A stretch of DNA of 64,000 bases from Vicinamibacterales bacterium (lineage in GTDB: Bacteria > Acidobacteriota > Vicinamibacteria > Vicinamibacterales > 2-12-FULL-66-21). Location of the stretch: NCBI GenBank assembly GCA_036257535.1, contig DATAFJ010000169.1, forward strand, positions 4,846 through 68,845. The letters run 5' to 3'. The first letter of the stretch is position 1, and each line of letters opens with the position of its first letter. Shown here in pieces: positions 34,996 to 44,548 of the stretch. Below the pieces are notes generated by a model. The model saw only the letters and a list, made by a program, of their open reading frames with translations. It searched no databases and was not told where the DNA came from. Position numbers and translations under genes: made by a program.

Positions 34996-35880
34996 GTGGG
35001 TGCTGCGCAGTGCGCTCGTGACGATCACTACGACGCCATCACCACGACCTATCAGCTTTACGCCCGCACGGGCACGCTGACGCACCTTGTGAACGCGCGT
35101 CGGTGGGCACTGCACCACCGGCGGGATCAGATCAATCTGTCCGGGCCCGACATCGGACATCCGCGATATCCGAGCCAGTACCTGAACAACACTCGTTACA
35201 CGTTTCCCCAGGGGCTGATCCAGGACTACTTCATGTTCGGCGACGAGCAGGCCCGTCAGGCCTCCGCCATCGTCGTCGACAACTTCTACCTGCCGCATGC
35301 AGAGAGCTGGTACTACAAGGCGCCAAACACGCGCGGGTTCTGGACCGAGCGCGAGGCGGCGTTTTCGCTCATCGGCATCATGGCGCACTACGAGGGCACC
35401 GGGAACGCGGTGTACTTGAACAAGGTCCGCGACCGCGTGGCGTCGCTCCGCCGGATGCAGGTGGACAACGGCGGCAGGGCGCGGGTCCACAACCTGTACG
35501 ACCACGATCCGTCCGAGGGATGCGGGCAGCCGGACTACGGCAGCTCGCCGTGGATGTCCGGGCTGCTGCTCGAGGCGATCATCAAGTACCACAAGCTCAC
35601 GAACGATCCGCTTGCCCGCGAATCTATCCTGATGGCGGTCGACGACCTTCGCGCTCGATATCTGGCGACCGGCGACTACGCCTACCGGCTCACCGGCGCC
35701 CAGGTCTATCGCACGCTTGGGACGAGCCTCTTCAACACATCCGTCGAAAACGGCGTGACTGCCAGCCACAAGCACTACGACCAGCAGTTCCGCAGCAGCG
35801 GCCACTTCCCGGCATACCTCTCGGGCCCGGCCGCTCCGCCTCCGCCCTCCGCTCCCGCCAACCTTCGGGTCGTCCGATAG
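34996..35880 (+). CDS. Hypothetical protein, probably a fragment truncated at both ends
   Basis: The first canonical start is a GTG at 34996. The frame is open with protein-like sequence from 34852 (SAFFWDQKPLGQTGFPDWDEKQLASYNR) without any start. The C-terminus stops right after a PPPPSAPANLRVV linker that normally opens an Fn3 domain. Confidence 0.4.
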   Translation: MGAAQCARDDHYDAITTTYQLYARTGTLTHLVNARRWALHHRRDQINLSGPDIGHPRYPSQYLNNTRYTFPQGLIQDYFMFGDEQARQASAIVVDNFYLPHAESWYYKAPNTRGFWTEREAAFSLIGIMAHYEGTGNAVYLNKVRDRVASLRRMQVDNGGRARVHNLYDHDPSEGCGQPDYGSSPWMSGLLLEAIIKYHKLTNDPLARESILMAVDDLRARYLATGDYAYRLTGAQVYRTLGTSLFNTSVENGVTASHKHYDQQFRSSGHFPAYLSGPAAPPPPSAPANLRVVR

Positions 35881-35927
35881 AACGGGAAAGGTTCAACGAT
35901 TTGGTCCGGTTTGGCGTCTAATGCCGC

Positions 35928-38372
35928 ATGCGGGCCATCTGGCAGGACGTGCGGTACGGATTCCGGGGGCTTTACAAGCAGCCCGGCTTCACCGCGCTGG
36001 CGGTGCTGACGCTGGCGCTCGGGATCGGCGCCGCCACCACGATGTACAGCGCGATCCACAACATCCTGATCGATCCGTATCCATTTCCGGACGTGGATCG
36101 CTTCGTCACTGTCCAGATCCACGACTCGAGCCGCGCCCGGCCGGGCGGCAGGATTTTCTTCCAGGTGCCCGAGTTCCTCGACCTGCAGGAGCAGAATCAC
36201 GTCTTCGAGGAGGTGATCGGGGGAGCGCCTGAAGATGTCTTGCAGAAGACGAATGAGGGCACCGAACAGTTCGTCGGCGGCGCCGTGACGGCCAACAACT
36301 TTCAGTTCCTGGGCGTCCCGGCGCTGATGGGACGGGGACTCGTACCGGACGATGCGAAGCCGGGAGCGCCGCCGGTGTTCGTCATGTCCTACAAGATGTG
36401 GACCGGTCGATACAACCAGGATCCCGGAGTGCTGGGCCGGACGTTCGTGCTGAACGGCGTTCCCACCATCTGCGTCGGCGTCATGCCCCAGCGGTTTCAC
36501 AAGCTCGCGGCCGACCTGTATCGTCCCATCGTCCTGAGCCGCGCCGATCCGCAGGTGAACCGCCGGTTCTTCATGTTCCAGGCGAGGCTGAAGCGCGGGG
36601 TGACCAAGGAGCAGGCGAGCGCGGACGTCGACGTCATCGTGCGCCGGCTGTCCGAGATCTACCCGCAGAACTACCCGAAGCAGTTCACCGTGCGCGTCCT
36701 CGGCTGGGCTGAGAGCATCGTGGGTCAATTCCAGACGACGCTCTATACGCTGGCGGCGGCGGTCGCGCTGCTCCTGCTGATCGCGTGCAGCAACGTCGCC
36801 AACATGCTGCTGGCGCGCGGCGCGGCGCGGGAGCGCGAGATGGCGATCAGGTTGTCGCTCGGCGCCAGCCGGTCGCGCGTCGTGCGGCAGCTCCTCGTCG
36901 AGAGCCTGCTCCTGGCCGGTCTGGGCGCGCTCATCGGGTGCGTGTTCGCCTATGGCGGCATCAAGGTGCTCGTGCAGCTGATGCCCGAGGGGTTGGTACC
37001 GCGGGAGGCGCAAATCCGTCTGAACACTCCGGTTTTGATCTTCAGTGTGGCCGCGGCCATCTGGACGGCCCTGATCTTCGGTCTCGTGCCCGCGCTTCAA
37101 ACGGCGCGGCGTGACATGGTCGAGCCGTTAAAGAGCTCGGGGAAGGGCACAGGCGGGGGATTCCAGCGCGCGTGGCTGCGCAACGCGCTGGTCGTCGCCG
37201 AAGTGGCGCTCGCGCTGATGCTGGTGGCGGGGGCGGGGCTGCTGATGCGCAGCTTCGTCAACCTGCAGCGGATGGATCTCGGCCTGAACCCCGAGAGGGT
37301 CGTTACCGCGCGCGTGCCGCTGCCGCGGGATCGCAACACGCTGGCCGACAAGAAGCAATTCTTCGAGGCCCTGCTCCCGCGCCTGCAGGCGCTGCCCGGC
37401 GTGGTTGCGGCGACGGCGACCTCCACGCTCCCGCCATACGGCGGCATCAACTCCACGATCGAGATTCCGGGCCAGTCGGTCGTCGAACAGCGCCGTTCCC
37501 TGCTGCAACTGGTAAGCGAGGGCTATTTTCAGACGCTCGGTTTGCGCCTGATACGCGGGCGGTTGCTTTCGAGAGACGAGGTCACGGACGCGCGGCGGGT
37601 TGCCGTGGTGAACCAGACGCTGGTGGATCGCTTCTTCGGCGCTGCCGATGGATCGGTTGGCGATCCCATCGGGCAGCGAATCAAGTTCACGTTTCTCGAG
37701 ACGCCACCAGGGGGCTCGGTCGAGAATCCTGTTTTCGAGATCGTCGGCGTGATCGCCGACGCGATGAACCAGGGCCTGCAGGATCCGCTCATGCCGGAGG
37801 CCTTCGTCCCGTACACCACGACCGGCGTGTTCGAGCGGGGAGTGCTCGTGAAAACGGCGACCGATCCCGCGGCGATGGTGAACAGCATCCGGCGGGAGAT
37901 CTGGGCCGTTGACCGCAACGTGGCGGTGACGAACGCCGGGACGCTCACCGAGTTCCTGAAGCGGTTCTCGTACGCGGAGCCGCGCCTCGGCCTCGTGCTG
38001 CTGGGCATCTTCGCCGGCCTGGGATTGCTGCTCGTCGGGGTCGGCGTCTACAGCGTCATCGCGTACACGGTTTCGCGCCAGACGCAGGAAATTGGCATTC
38101 GCATGGCGCTCGGCGCGCGCCAGATCGATGTGCTGGGCCTCGTCGTCCGAATGGGCCTGCGGCTGCTGGCCCTCGGCGTGGGCGTGGGCTTTCTGGCGAG
38201 CCTCGGCGTCACGCGCGTGCTGTCTTATCAGCTGACGGGGATCTCGCCACGCGATCCCCTCACGCTGGTCATCGCAATTGGAGTGATGCTGCTGGCCGGT
38301 CTCGCGGCGTGCTACTTCCCGGCGCGCCGCGCGATAAAAGTCGACCCGATGGTGGCGCTCAGATACGAGTAG
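35928..38372 (+). CDS. ADOP-family duplicated FtsX/MacB-like ABC transporter permease
   Basis: MRAIWQDVRYGFRGLYKQPGFTALAVLTLALGIGAATTMYS is the hallmark N-terminus. There are two MacB_PCD/FtsX halves, and the protein ends ...KVDPMVALRYE. Confidence 0.9.
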   Translation: MRAIWQDVRYGFRGLYKQPGFTALAVLTLALGIGAATTMYSAIHNILIDPYPFPDVDRFVTVQIHDSSRARPGGRIFFQVPEFLDLQEQNHVFEEVIGGAPEDVLQKTNEGTEQFVGGAVTANNFQFLGVPALMGRGLVPDDAKPGAPPVFVMSYKMWTGRYNQDPGVLGRTFVLNGVPTICVGVMPQRFHKLAADLYRPIVLSRADPQVNRRFFMFQARLKRGVTKEQASADVDVIVRRLSEIYPQNYPKQFTVRVLGWAESIVGQFQTTLYTLAAAVALLLLIACSNVANMLLARGAAREREMAIRLSLGASRSRVVRQLLVESLLLAGLGALIGCVFAYGGIKVLVQLMPEGLVPREAQIRLNTPVLIFSVAAAIWTALIFGLVPALQTARRDMVEPLKSSGKGTGGGFQRAWLRNALVVAEVALALMLVAGAGLLMRSFVNLQRMDLGLNPERVVTARVPLPRDRNTLADKKQFFEALLPRLQALPGVVAATATSTLPPYGGINSTIEIPGQSVVEQRRSLLQLVSEGYFQTLGLRLIRGRLLSRDEVTDARRVAVVNQTLVDRFFGAADGSVGDPIGQRIKFTFLETPPGGSVENPVFEIVGVIADAMNQGLQDPLMPEAFVPYTTTGVFERGVLVKTATDPAAMVNSIRREIWAVDRNVAVTNAGTLTEFLKRFSYAEPRLGLVLLGIFAGLGLLLVGVGVYSVIAYTVSRQTQEIGIRMALGARQIDVLGLVVRMGLRLLALGVGVGFLASLGVTRVLSYQLTGISPRDPLTLVIAIGVMLLAGLAACYFPARRAIKVDPMVALRYE

Positions 38373-38474
38373 CAGGCCAAGCGGATGCCGTTATCGACGG
38401 CGTCCCTACCCGCTGAGCTATTCGCAACCGAGCACGAAGAACGCGCACGACGGACGACGATGATTTCGGCGGAG

Positions 38475-38786
38475 TCAGCTCGTGGAGGGACCTCGCCGTA
38501 ACTTGTCGAGCTTGGAGTCGCGCTCCGACGTCAGTCGCTCGCGATCCCGCCGGTACTCCTCCTCGAGGGCGGCGAGCGCTTCGGGATCGAACGTCTTCCG
38601 AAGCGTGGACTGGTGCAGCACCTCCTGCTCGGCGAGCTTGGCCTCGTAGAAGTTCCGCAGATCCGCGAGCGCGGTCCGCTCCTCATCAGTCAGCCGGCGC
38701 TCCTCGATCCCCGCCTCCGCATCAGCCTTCTTGAGCCGCTCCATCGCGAGCTCGTATGCGGACTTCAAAGGCTTGTCGTCCCCCAT
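38475..38786 (-). CDS. Small charged coiled-coil hypothetical protein
   Basis: ATG at 38786 with GGAGACGG upstream. The peptide is MGDDKPLKSAYELAMERLKKADAEAG...EEEYRRDRERL. The upstream part of the longer ORF is Arg/Cys-rich and non-coding-like. Confidence 0.5.
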   Translation of the reverse strand: MGDDKPLKSAYELAMERLKKADAEAGIEERRLTDEERTALADLRNFYEAKLAEQEVLHQSTLRKTFDPEALAALEEEYRRDRERLTSERDSKLDKLRRGPSTS

Positions 38787-39180
38787 GGATTCCGTCTCCG
38801 ACCTGATGTTACCTCGGGGGCAACGGAAGCGTGGACTTTGGCTGCAGGAGGGAGGAGCACGGCGCCGACAAATGCGCTCGGCAGCCCATTCTGCCCAGCG
38901 TTCCCCCAAACGTCGGCGCCGGGCGAAGCGGCGCAGCCGCGAAGGCGGGCCTATCGAGACGCGACAGCGGCGGCGGAGTCTGTTGCTGCGCGAAGGATTC
39001 GATGCGCTGACGCGCGGCTCACGCCGGACGCTTCGGCCTGGCGGCGCACCGTCATCGGCCGCTCGACGGGGGCATCGCCGCGAGCGTCAGGAGAACGTGC
39101 GCGGCGCGCGGGACAAATTGATCGCGCTCTACGAGGCCGCGCGGCAGCCGGAGCTGGCAGCGAGGTATCGGGAGCGGTAG

Positions 39181-39245
39181 CAAAAAGGTGTCAGGTACTA
39201 TTTCCGCTCGACGGGGCGTCGGACAAGGTACCTGACACCTTTTTG
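39181..39245. repeat. Perfect 18-bp inverted repeat CAAAAAGGTGTCAGGTAC ... GTACCTGACACCTTTTTG
   Basis: Read directly, with a 29-nt loop. It overlaps the last codons of the 2OG-oxygenase gene. The A-tract/T-tract flanks make it look like a bidirectional terminator. Confidence 0.85.
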
Positions 39246-40207
39246 CGCAGATCGGGGAAGACCTTCGACACCTTGGCGAGGATGTAGTCGCCATACGTGC
39301 CGGTGAACTCGTGCACGCTGGCGCCGTCCCAGCGATCTGTCTTGTCGTCGATGATCTCGGCGCCGGGACGGATCGGACGTACCTCCGCGTCGAAGCCCGG
39401 ATCGAAGAAGAAGGGAAACGAGAGACGGGCCCGGCCGCCCGGGTTCAGCACACGGTGCGGCGTCGAGCGATAGAAGCCTCCCGTCATGCGATCGAGCATG
39501 TCGCCGATATTGCAGACAAACGCACCCGCGAGCGGCGGCGCGTCGATCCAGGTCGAAGGTCCGGCCGGCACCTTCACTTGCAGCCCGCCGACGTCGTCCT
39601 GCTTCAGGATCGTCAGCAGTCCATAGTCGGTGTGCTCGCCGACACCCCACTCCGGTTCGGCGCGCCTGGGCTCGACGGCCGGGTAGTTGAAGATGCGGAA
39701 GAGCACGAGCGGATCGCTCGTGTACCGGTCGTGGAAATACGTCTCGCCGAGACCGAGGCTAAGGCCAAAAAGCTCCATGATCCGGTGTCCGAGGCGAGTC
39801 ATCGCGGCCATGTAGTCGAGCACGGTCTCGCGAAATCGCGGGACGTCCGGGAAGAGATTCTGGCCGTGCAGCGGCGTGGCGGCCACGACGCGAGGATGAT
39901 CCTCGGGCAGCTCGGCGCCGAAGTACAGCCCTTCCTTGAGGTCCGGCTTTCCCTTCGTCAGCTCTCCTCGAACTGGAAAATAGCCGCGCCATGCCGCGCC
40001 GCCGAGCTCCATCCGAATGGCCATCTTCCGCTCGACCGGCTGCGCGAAGAACTGCCGGCTGAGCGCCTCGAGCCGATCCTGCAGATCGACGTCGACGCCG
40101 TGGCCGACGATGTAGAAGAAGCCGGCCCGACGGCAGGCGTCGCGAATGGCATCCGCGGCGCGGTGCTTGTCGCCGCTCAGATCGATGACGGGTAGCTCTG
40201 ACTTCAC
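39191..40207 (-). CDS. 2-oxoglutarate/Fe(II)-dependent oxygenase (isopenicillin N synthase family)
   Basis: PVIDLS...ACRRAGFFYIVGHGV (DIOX_N), HTDYGLLTIL (HxD) and YRSTPHRV (distal His/Arg). Confidence 0.85.
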   Translation of the reverse strand: MKSELPVIDLSGDKHRAADAIRDACRRAGFFYIVGHGVDVDLQDRLEALSRQFFAQPVERKMAIRMELGGAAWRGYFPVRGELTKGKPDLKEGLYFGAELPEDHPRVVAATPLHGQNLFPDVPRFRETVLDYMAAMTRLGHRIMELFGLSLGLGETYFHDRYTSDPLVLFRIFNYPAVEPRRAEPEWGVGEHTDYGLLTILKQDDVGGLQVKVPAGPSTWIDAPPLAGAFVCNIGDMLDRMTGGFYRSTPHRVLNPGGRARLSFPFFFDPGFDAEVRPIRPGAEIIDDKTDRWDGASVHEFTGTYGDYILAKVSKVFPDLRKKVSGTLSDAPSSGNST

Positions 40208-40492
40208 AGTCTGATCCTGGCGTGTGGATGGCGTCGAAGCAGTTTACAGAATATCGAAACAGAGGGTGAGGTGGTCGGCGAACGCCGACTCAGGGTCGCG
40301 CCGCTTCGGTGCGAAGCCGGAACGTGCGCGGAGCGAGTCTTCCGCGTTGACTTCGGTCCCGATAGTCAACCGCGCGGGCGGGAGGGCTGCGAGCGGCGCG
40401 CACGTTCCCGGCGCGATGCCCTGTGGAGGCAGCCGACGACCTCGCCCTCTGCCAAAGGCGCAAGAGTACAATACGTGCACAAGGCAGGAAGC

Positions 40493-41020
40493 ATGCACGA
40501 CGAAACGCTTCGCGAGATTCTCGAGCGCAACGCCAAGGCAGTTGCGCTGCGTCCGGCAGTCGGCCTGCACACCGGCAAGACGACCGCCCGCCTGAAGCCG
40601 GGGCTCGAGTGCCAGGTCGAGGACGGCGCGTGGAAGCTGACCGTTGGCATCGGCGAGAAGTCGGGCGGATCGAACGCGGGCCCGAGTCCTGGCGTGCTCG
40701 GCCGCGGCGCGCTCGCCAGCTGCCTGGCGATCGGCTATGCCATGTGGGCCGCGCGCCTTGGCGTGCCTCTCGAGTCGGTCGAAGTGGAGGTGCAGGCGGA
40801 CTACGACAGCCGCGGCGAGCTCGGCGTCTCGGACGATGTTCCGCCCGGGTATACACAGGTCCGCTACATCGTCACCGTCGCGAGCAGCGCCTCCGAGTCA
40901 GACGTCCGTCGAGTGATCGACACCGGCGACAAGTACAGCCCTTACCGCGATGTCTTTGCGCGCGGGAACGACGTCCGCCGTGAGCTGCGGATCGTAACGA
41001 CCACGGAACACCGTGCCTAG
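40493..41020 (+). CDS. OsmC family protein
   Basis: The 175-aa product from the ATG at 40493 has GGSNAGPSPGVLGRGALASCLAIGY and ...TGDKYSPYRDV, typical of OsmC/Ohr-like proteins. The longer ORF-track start lies in Arg-rich non-coding-like sequence. Confidence 0.7.
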   Translation: MHDETLREILERNAKAVALRPAVGLHTGKTTARLKPGLECQVEDGAWKLTVGIGEKSGGSNAGPSPGVLGRGALASCLAIGYAMWAARLGVPLESVEVEVQADYDSRGELGVSDDVPPGYTQVRYIVTVASSASESDVRRVIDTGDKYSPYRDVFARGNDVRRELRIVTTTEHRA

Positions 41021-41164
41021 GCCATCGTGCGACACGCTGGCGAGAATGCCGATCGAGGCCGGTGCAACGGCGGCGCGCACGGCGCGCCCGCGAGGGAGCG
41101 GAGCGGGGCGTAGGGGTCCCCGCGAGCAACCGAGCCGGGGTTCGGGGCGGAGCCCCGTTTAAGA

Positions 41165-42013
41165 ATGGAGGCTCGGCTCCAGCGGCGCGTTCAGCGGTAC
41201 GGGTGGGACAAGGCGGCCGCGTACTACGAACGCTACTGGCAGCGTCAGCTCGCACCGGCGCAGGATCGCCTGATCGAGCTCGCGGCGCTCGAGCCGGGGA
41301 TGCGCGTCCTCGACGTCGCTTGTGGAACGGGGCTGGTAACGTTCCGGGCGGCCGAGATCGTCGGGCCTTCAGGAGCGGTCCTCGCGACCGACATCTCCGA
41401 CGAGATGGTGAAATCCCTGTCGAGCGAAGCGGCGCGACGCGGGCATGCGAACGTGACCGCGCGGAGAATGGACGCCGAAGCGCTTGAGGCGCCCGATGCC
41501 TCGTTCGACGTCGTGTTGTGCGCGCTTGGCCTGATGTACGTGCCGGAACCGGTGACGGCACTGCGCGAGATGCATCGCGTCCTCGCGCCCGGCGGCCGCG
41601 CCGTTGCGGCCGTCTGGGGTGCGCGCGACAGGTGCGGCTGGGCCGACATCTTTCCGATCGTCGAGTCGCGCGTGCAGTCCGACGTCTGTCCGATGTTCTT
41701 CCGGCTTGGCACGGGGGACCAGCTGCGCCACGCGTTCGAAGCGGCTGGGTTCGCAGACATCAGGGCCGACAGATTGTCGTCCGTCCTGCGCTACGAGTCG
41801 GACGAGGAGGCCTGCGGCGCCGCGTTTGCGGGCGGGCCCGTCGCGCTGGCGTACTCGAGGTTCGACGGACCGACGCGCGACAGCGCCCATGCCGAGTACC
41901 TCGCGTCGATTCGCCCCTGGAAGAGCGCGACTGGATACGACGTGCCGGGCGAGTTCATCGTGGCGGCGGGCCAATCCCATCCAACCAATCCGGCGTCGAC
42001 CGCGTCCTACTAG
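41165..42013 (+). CDS. Class I SAM-dependent methyltransferase
   Basis: Motif I VLDVACGTGLVT, post-I ATDISDEM and motif II FDVVLCALGLMYV. Confidence 0.85.
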   Translation: MEARLQRRVQRYGWDKAAAYYERYWQRQLAPAQDRLIELAALEPGMRVLDVACGTGLVTFRAAEIVGPSGAVLATDISDEMVKSLSSEAARRGHANVTARRMDAEALEAPDASFDVVLCALGLMYVPEPVTALREMHRVLAPGGRAVAAVWGARDRCGWADIFPIVESRVQSDVCPMFFRLGTGDQLRHAFEAAGFADIRADRLSSVLRYESDEEACGAAFAGGPVALAYSRFDGPTRDSAHAEYLASIRPWKSATGYDVPGEFIVAAGQSHPTNPASTASY

Positions 42014-42015
42014 TG

Positions 42016-42588
42016 ATGACCGAACAACTTCGCCGGCAGATTGCCGCGCTTTTCATTGCGGTCCTGGCCGGCGTGTCATCCGCCGCACAGACCGAGCCAG
42101 GCCGTACCGAATCCAGCTCTGCCAGCGCCGCTGCGGCGACCACCCAGATCGACATCGACAACTTCGGGCGCGTCAGCCCGACCTACTATCGAGGCGCCCA
42201 ACCCGACGGTTCCGATTACTCCGACCTCGCGGCAATTGGTGTCAAGACCCTGATCAACCTGACGAGCGACGATGCCAGTGCCGATGAGCCGGCGATGGCG
42301 AAGAAGAGCGGCCTGAAGTACGTGCAGATCCCGATGACCACGCACGAGCCGCCGACGGCCGACACGCTCGCCCGCTTCCTCCAGATCGTCGACGACCCCG
42401 CCAACCAGCCGGTGTTCGTTCACTGCGTGGGCGGCCGGCATCGCACTGGCGTGATGACGGCGGCCTACCGGATGTCACGACATGGCTGGACGGCGGATCA
42501 GGCCTTCAGGGAGATGAAGCAGTTCAAGTTCGGGGCCGATTTCCTGCATCCCGAATTCAAAAAGTTCGTCTACGACTTCGGAAGCTAA
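42016..42588 (+). CDS. Secreted protein-tyrosine/dual-specificity phosphatase-like protein
   Basis: Signal peptide and the CX5R P-loop VHCVGGRHRTG. Confidence 0.8.
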   Translation: MTEQLRRQIAALFIAVLAGVSSAAQTEPGRTESSSASAAAATTQIDIDNFGRVSPTYYRGAQPDGSDYSDLAAIGVKTLINLTSDDASADEPAMAKKSGLKYVQIPMTTHEPPTADTLARFLQIVDDPANQPVFVHCVGGRHRTGVMTAAYRMSRHGWTADQAFREMKQFKFGADFLHPEFKKFVYDFGS

Positions 42589-43460
42589 TCAAACAACTTC
42601 GTGGCCACCGCCGAGTAGTCGCGCTCCGCGCCGCCGTCGGCGACGAGCTCGTCGACGAGCCGGCGCACGAGCGTCGTCACGGGCGATGCCGCCCCGTACT
42701 CGCGAAGCGTGTCGGCGGCTATCCGCATGTCCTTCTGGTACAGCTTCGTCCGGAAGCCCGGCTTGTAGTTTTCCTGCAGGATTCGGTCGCCGTGGACTTC
42801 GAGCACGCGGCTCGCGGCGAAGCCGCCGAGGAGAGCCGACCGCATCTTCGCGGCATCGAGGCCGGCGCGGCGCGCAAGCCCGAACGCCTCTCCCACCGCC
42901 GCGAGCGTGCCGCCGATCACGAGCTGGTTGCAGACCTTGCAGAGCTGACCCGTTCCCGACGGGCCGATGTGAATGATGCGCTCCGGATTACCCATCGCCT
43001 CGAGAATGGGACGCGCGGCCGCGAACGCCTCGGCGTCTCCGCCAACCATGATCGAGAGCGTCGCGCTTTGAGCGCCGATCTCGCCGCCGCTCACCGGCGC
43101 GTCGAGCATCGATGCGCCGCGCGCCGCCGCCCTTCCAGCCAGCCGGCGCGCAACCGCGGGCGCGATGCTGCTGCACTCGATCAGAAGGGATCCGCGTTGA
43201 AGCTCGCCGAACACACCGCCCGATCCTTCCATCACTGATTCGACATCAGGCGAATCGGGCAGCATCGTCACAATACGGAACGCCCGGCGCGCGACGTCTG
43301 CCGGCGACGCCGCCGGCTCGGCGCCGGCCGAGACGAGATCCTGCACGGGTCCAGGGCTCCTGCTGTGGACGACGAGCGGAAAGCCGCGCTTGAGGAGGTT
43401 GTGTGCCATGGGACGTCCCATGACGCCCAGGCCGATGAAGCCGACTGTCGTTTCAGGCAT
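42585..43460 (-). CDS. NAD(P)-dependent oxidoreductase, 3-hydroxyisobutyrate/tartronate-semialdehyde reductase family
   Basis: VGFIGLGVMGRPMAHNLLKRGF plus a conserved ...DAPVSGG... segment. Length 291 aa. Confidence 0.85.
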   Translation of the reverse strand: MPETTVGFIGLGVMGRPMAHNLLKRGFPLVVHSRSPGPVQDLVSAGAEPAASPADVARRAFRIVTMLPDSPDVESVMEGSGGVFGELQRGSLLIECSSIAPAVARRLAGRAAARGASMLDAPVSGGEIGAQSATLSIMVGGDAEAFAAARPILEAMGNPERIIHIGPSGTGQLCKVCNQLVIGGTLAAVGEAFGLARRAGLDAAKMRSALLGGFAASRVLEVHGDRILQENYKPGFRTKLYQKDMRIAADTLREYGAASPVTTLVRRLVDELVADGGAERDYSAVATKLFD

Positions 43461-43508
43461 GGTGAGTGAGTAAACCCCGCGAATCAGGCGTCGGCGCTCC
43501 GGCGTCGG

Positions 43509-44531
43509 CTACCGTGACGATGCTGGACTGAACTTCGGCGCGACGAGTATGCGCTTCGGGCCTCCGGCACGTTCGAACTGGATGTTCGCGAGCACTTTCC
43601 GTGCGGCGACGTCGATGGCGGCCACGGCGTCGGAGTACCAGAGGCTGACGAAGAGGACCCTGCCGTCGGGCCGCATCGTGAACCAGTGCGGGAAGTGGCC
43701 GACCTGTATCTTGGCCACTTCCTGCATGTCCGACAGCCGGACGACGCGAACGAGGTCGTTGATGCAGTCGGTCACCCACAGCTCCTGCTCGTCGGGAGAG
43801 AGCTGAAGAGCATGGGTATAGGTGTCGAGATAGGGCTGCGGCACGCCGTCGGGAAGCTTGCCGAGCTCTACGCGCCGCGTCACCTTTCTCGTCGCGGGAT
43901 CGACCACGACGAACCCGAGGAGGTTCGACAGCGCGACGTAAAGCGTCCGGCCGTCACGCGAGATCTCGATGGGACGCACTCCGTCGTCGGTCTGAATTCG
44001 AGGCAGAGACGCGTGCGTCGCCGGATCGATCACCTCGATGGATCGCCCGTACTGTGCGCCGACGTACACGCGCGAGCCGTCAGCCGACGTGTACGCGTCG
44101 TGCGGCCCGTTGTCTGACGGCAGGGACTTCACCAGCTTCAACGGGTCCAGCTGCACGACGTCGATCCGGTGTTCGCCTCTCATCGGAACGTACGCGTAGC
44201 GGCCGTCCTTCGACAGCGTCATCTGGTTCGGATCTTTTCCGAGCGGCAGTCGCGCGACAGTCTCACCCCGCGCAACATCGACGACCTGGAAATTCCCGAC
44301 GCGATCGCTCGTGAGGTAGACCTTTGACCCATCGGCCGACGCCGCGAGACCGTGCGGCTTCGGATCGACTTTGATTCGTCGGATTTCCTTGAATGCGTAG
44401 GCGTCGACCTCCACGAGTACGTCGCTGTCGCCGAGCGTGACCCAGAGGGTGACGTCCCCGGCGGCCTGCGGTCCGGCTGAAGCCGGGCACCACAGGAGGG
44501 CGAAGAGTGCGACGACGCTCGCTCGAAGCAT
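43509..44531 (-). CDS. YVTN-family beta-propeller repeat protein, secreted
   Basis: Start at MLRASVVALFALLWCPASA, with GGGAGG upstream. Repeated ...PHGLAASADGSKVYLTS / LSKDGRYAYVP / SADGSRVYVG / SRDGRTLYVA blades follow. Confidence 0.75.
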   Translation of the reverse strand: MLRASVVALFALLWCPASAGPQAAGDVTLWVTLGDSDVLVEVDAYAFKEIRRIKVDPKPHGLAASADGSKVYLTSDRVGNFQVVDVARGETVARLPLGKDPNQMTLSKDGRYAYVPMRGEHRIDVVQLDPLKLVKSLPSDNGPHDAYTSADGSRVYVGAQYGRSIEVIDPATHASLPRIQTDDGVRPIEISRDGRTLYVALSNLLGFVVVDPATRKVTRRVELGKLPDGVPQPYLDTYTHALQLSPDEQELWVTDCINDLVRVVRLSDMQEVAKIQVGHFPHWFTMRPDGRVLFVSLWYSDAVAAIDVAARKVLANIQFERAGGPKRILVAPKFSPASSR

Positions 44532-44548
44532 GAGGCCTCCCGGTGCCG

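Noticed and set aside
38970-39180. 3' remnant of a TPR/kinase-type gene (…LLLREGFDALTR…ARDKLIALYEAARQPELAARYRER*)
   Set aside because: The last ~25 residues resemble the characteristic C-terminal ending of TPR tails in this phylum. However, the preceding sequence is Arg-rich and probably out of frame, and there is no start. The evidence is too thin to annotate, so it is mentioned only as possible decay.
38613-39287. ORFs 38613..39287 and 38731..39180 as intact genes filling the 400-nt gap
   Set aside because: They have Arg/Ala-rich low-complexity composition and overlap each other. They run antisense into the small coiled-coil gene and into the palindrome, and they have no motifs.
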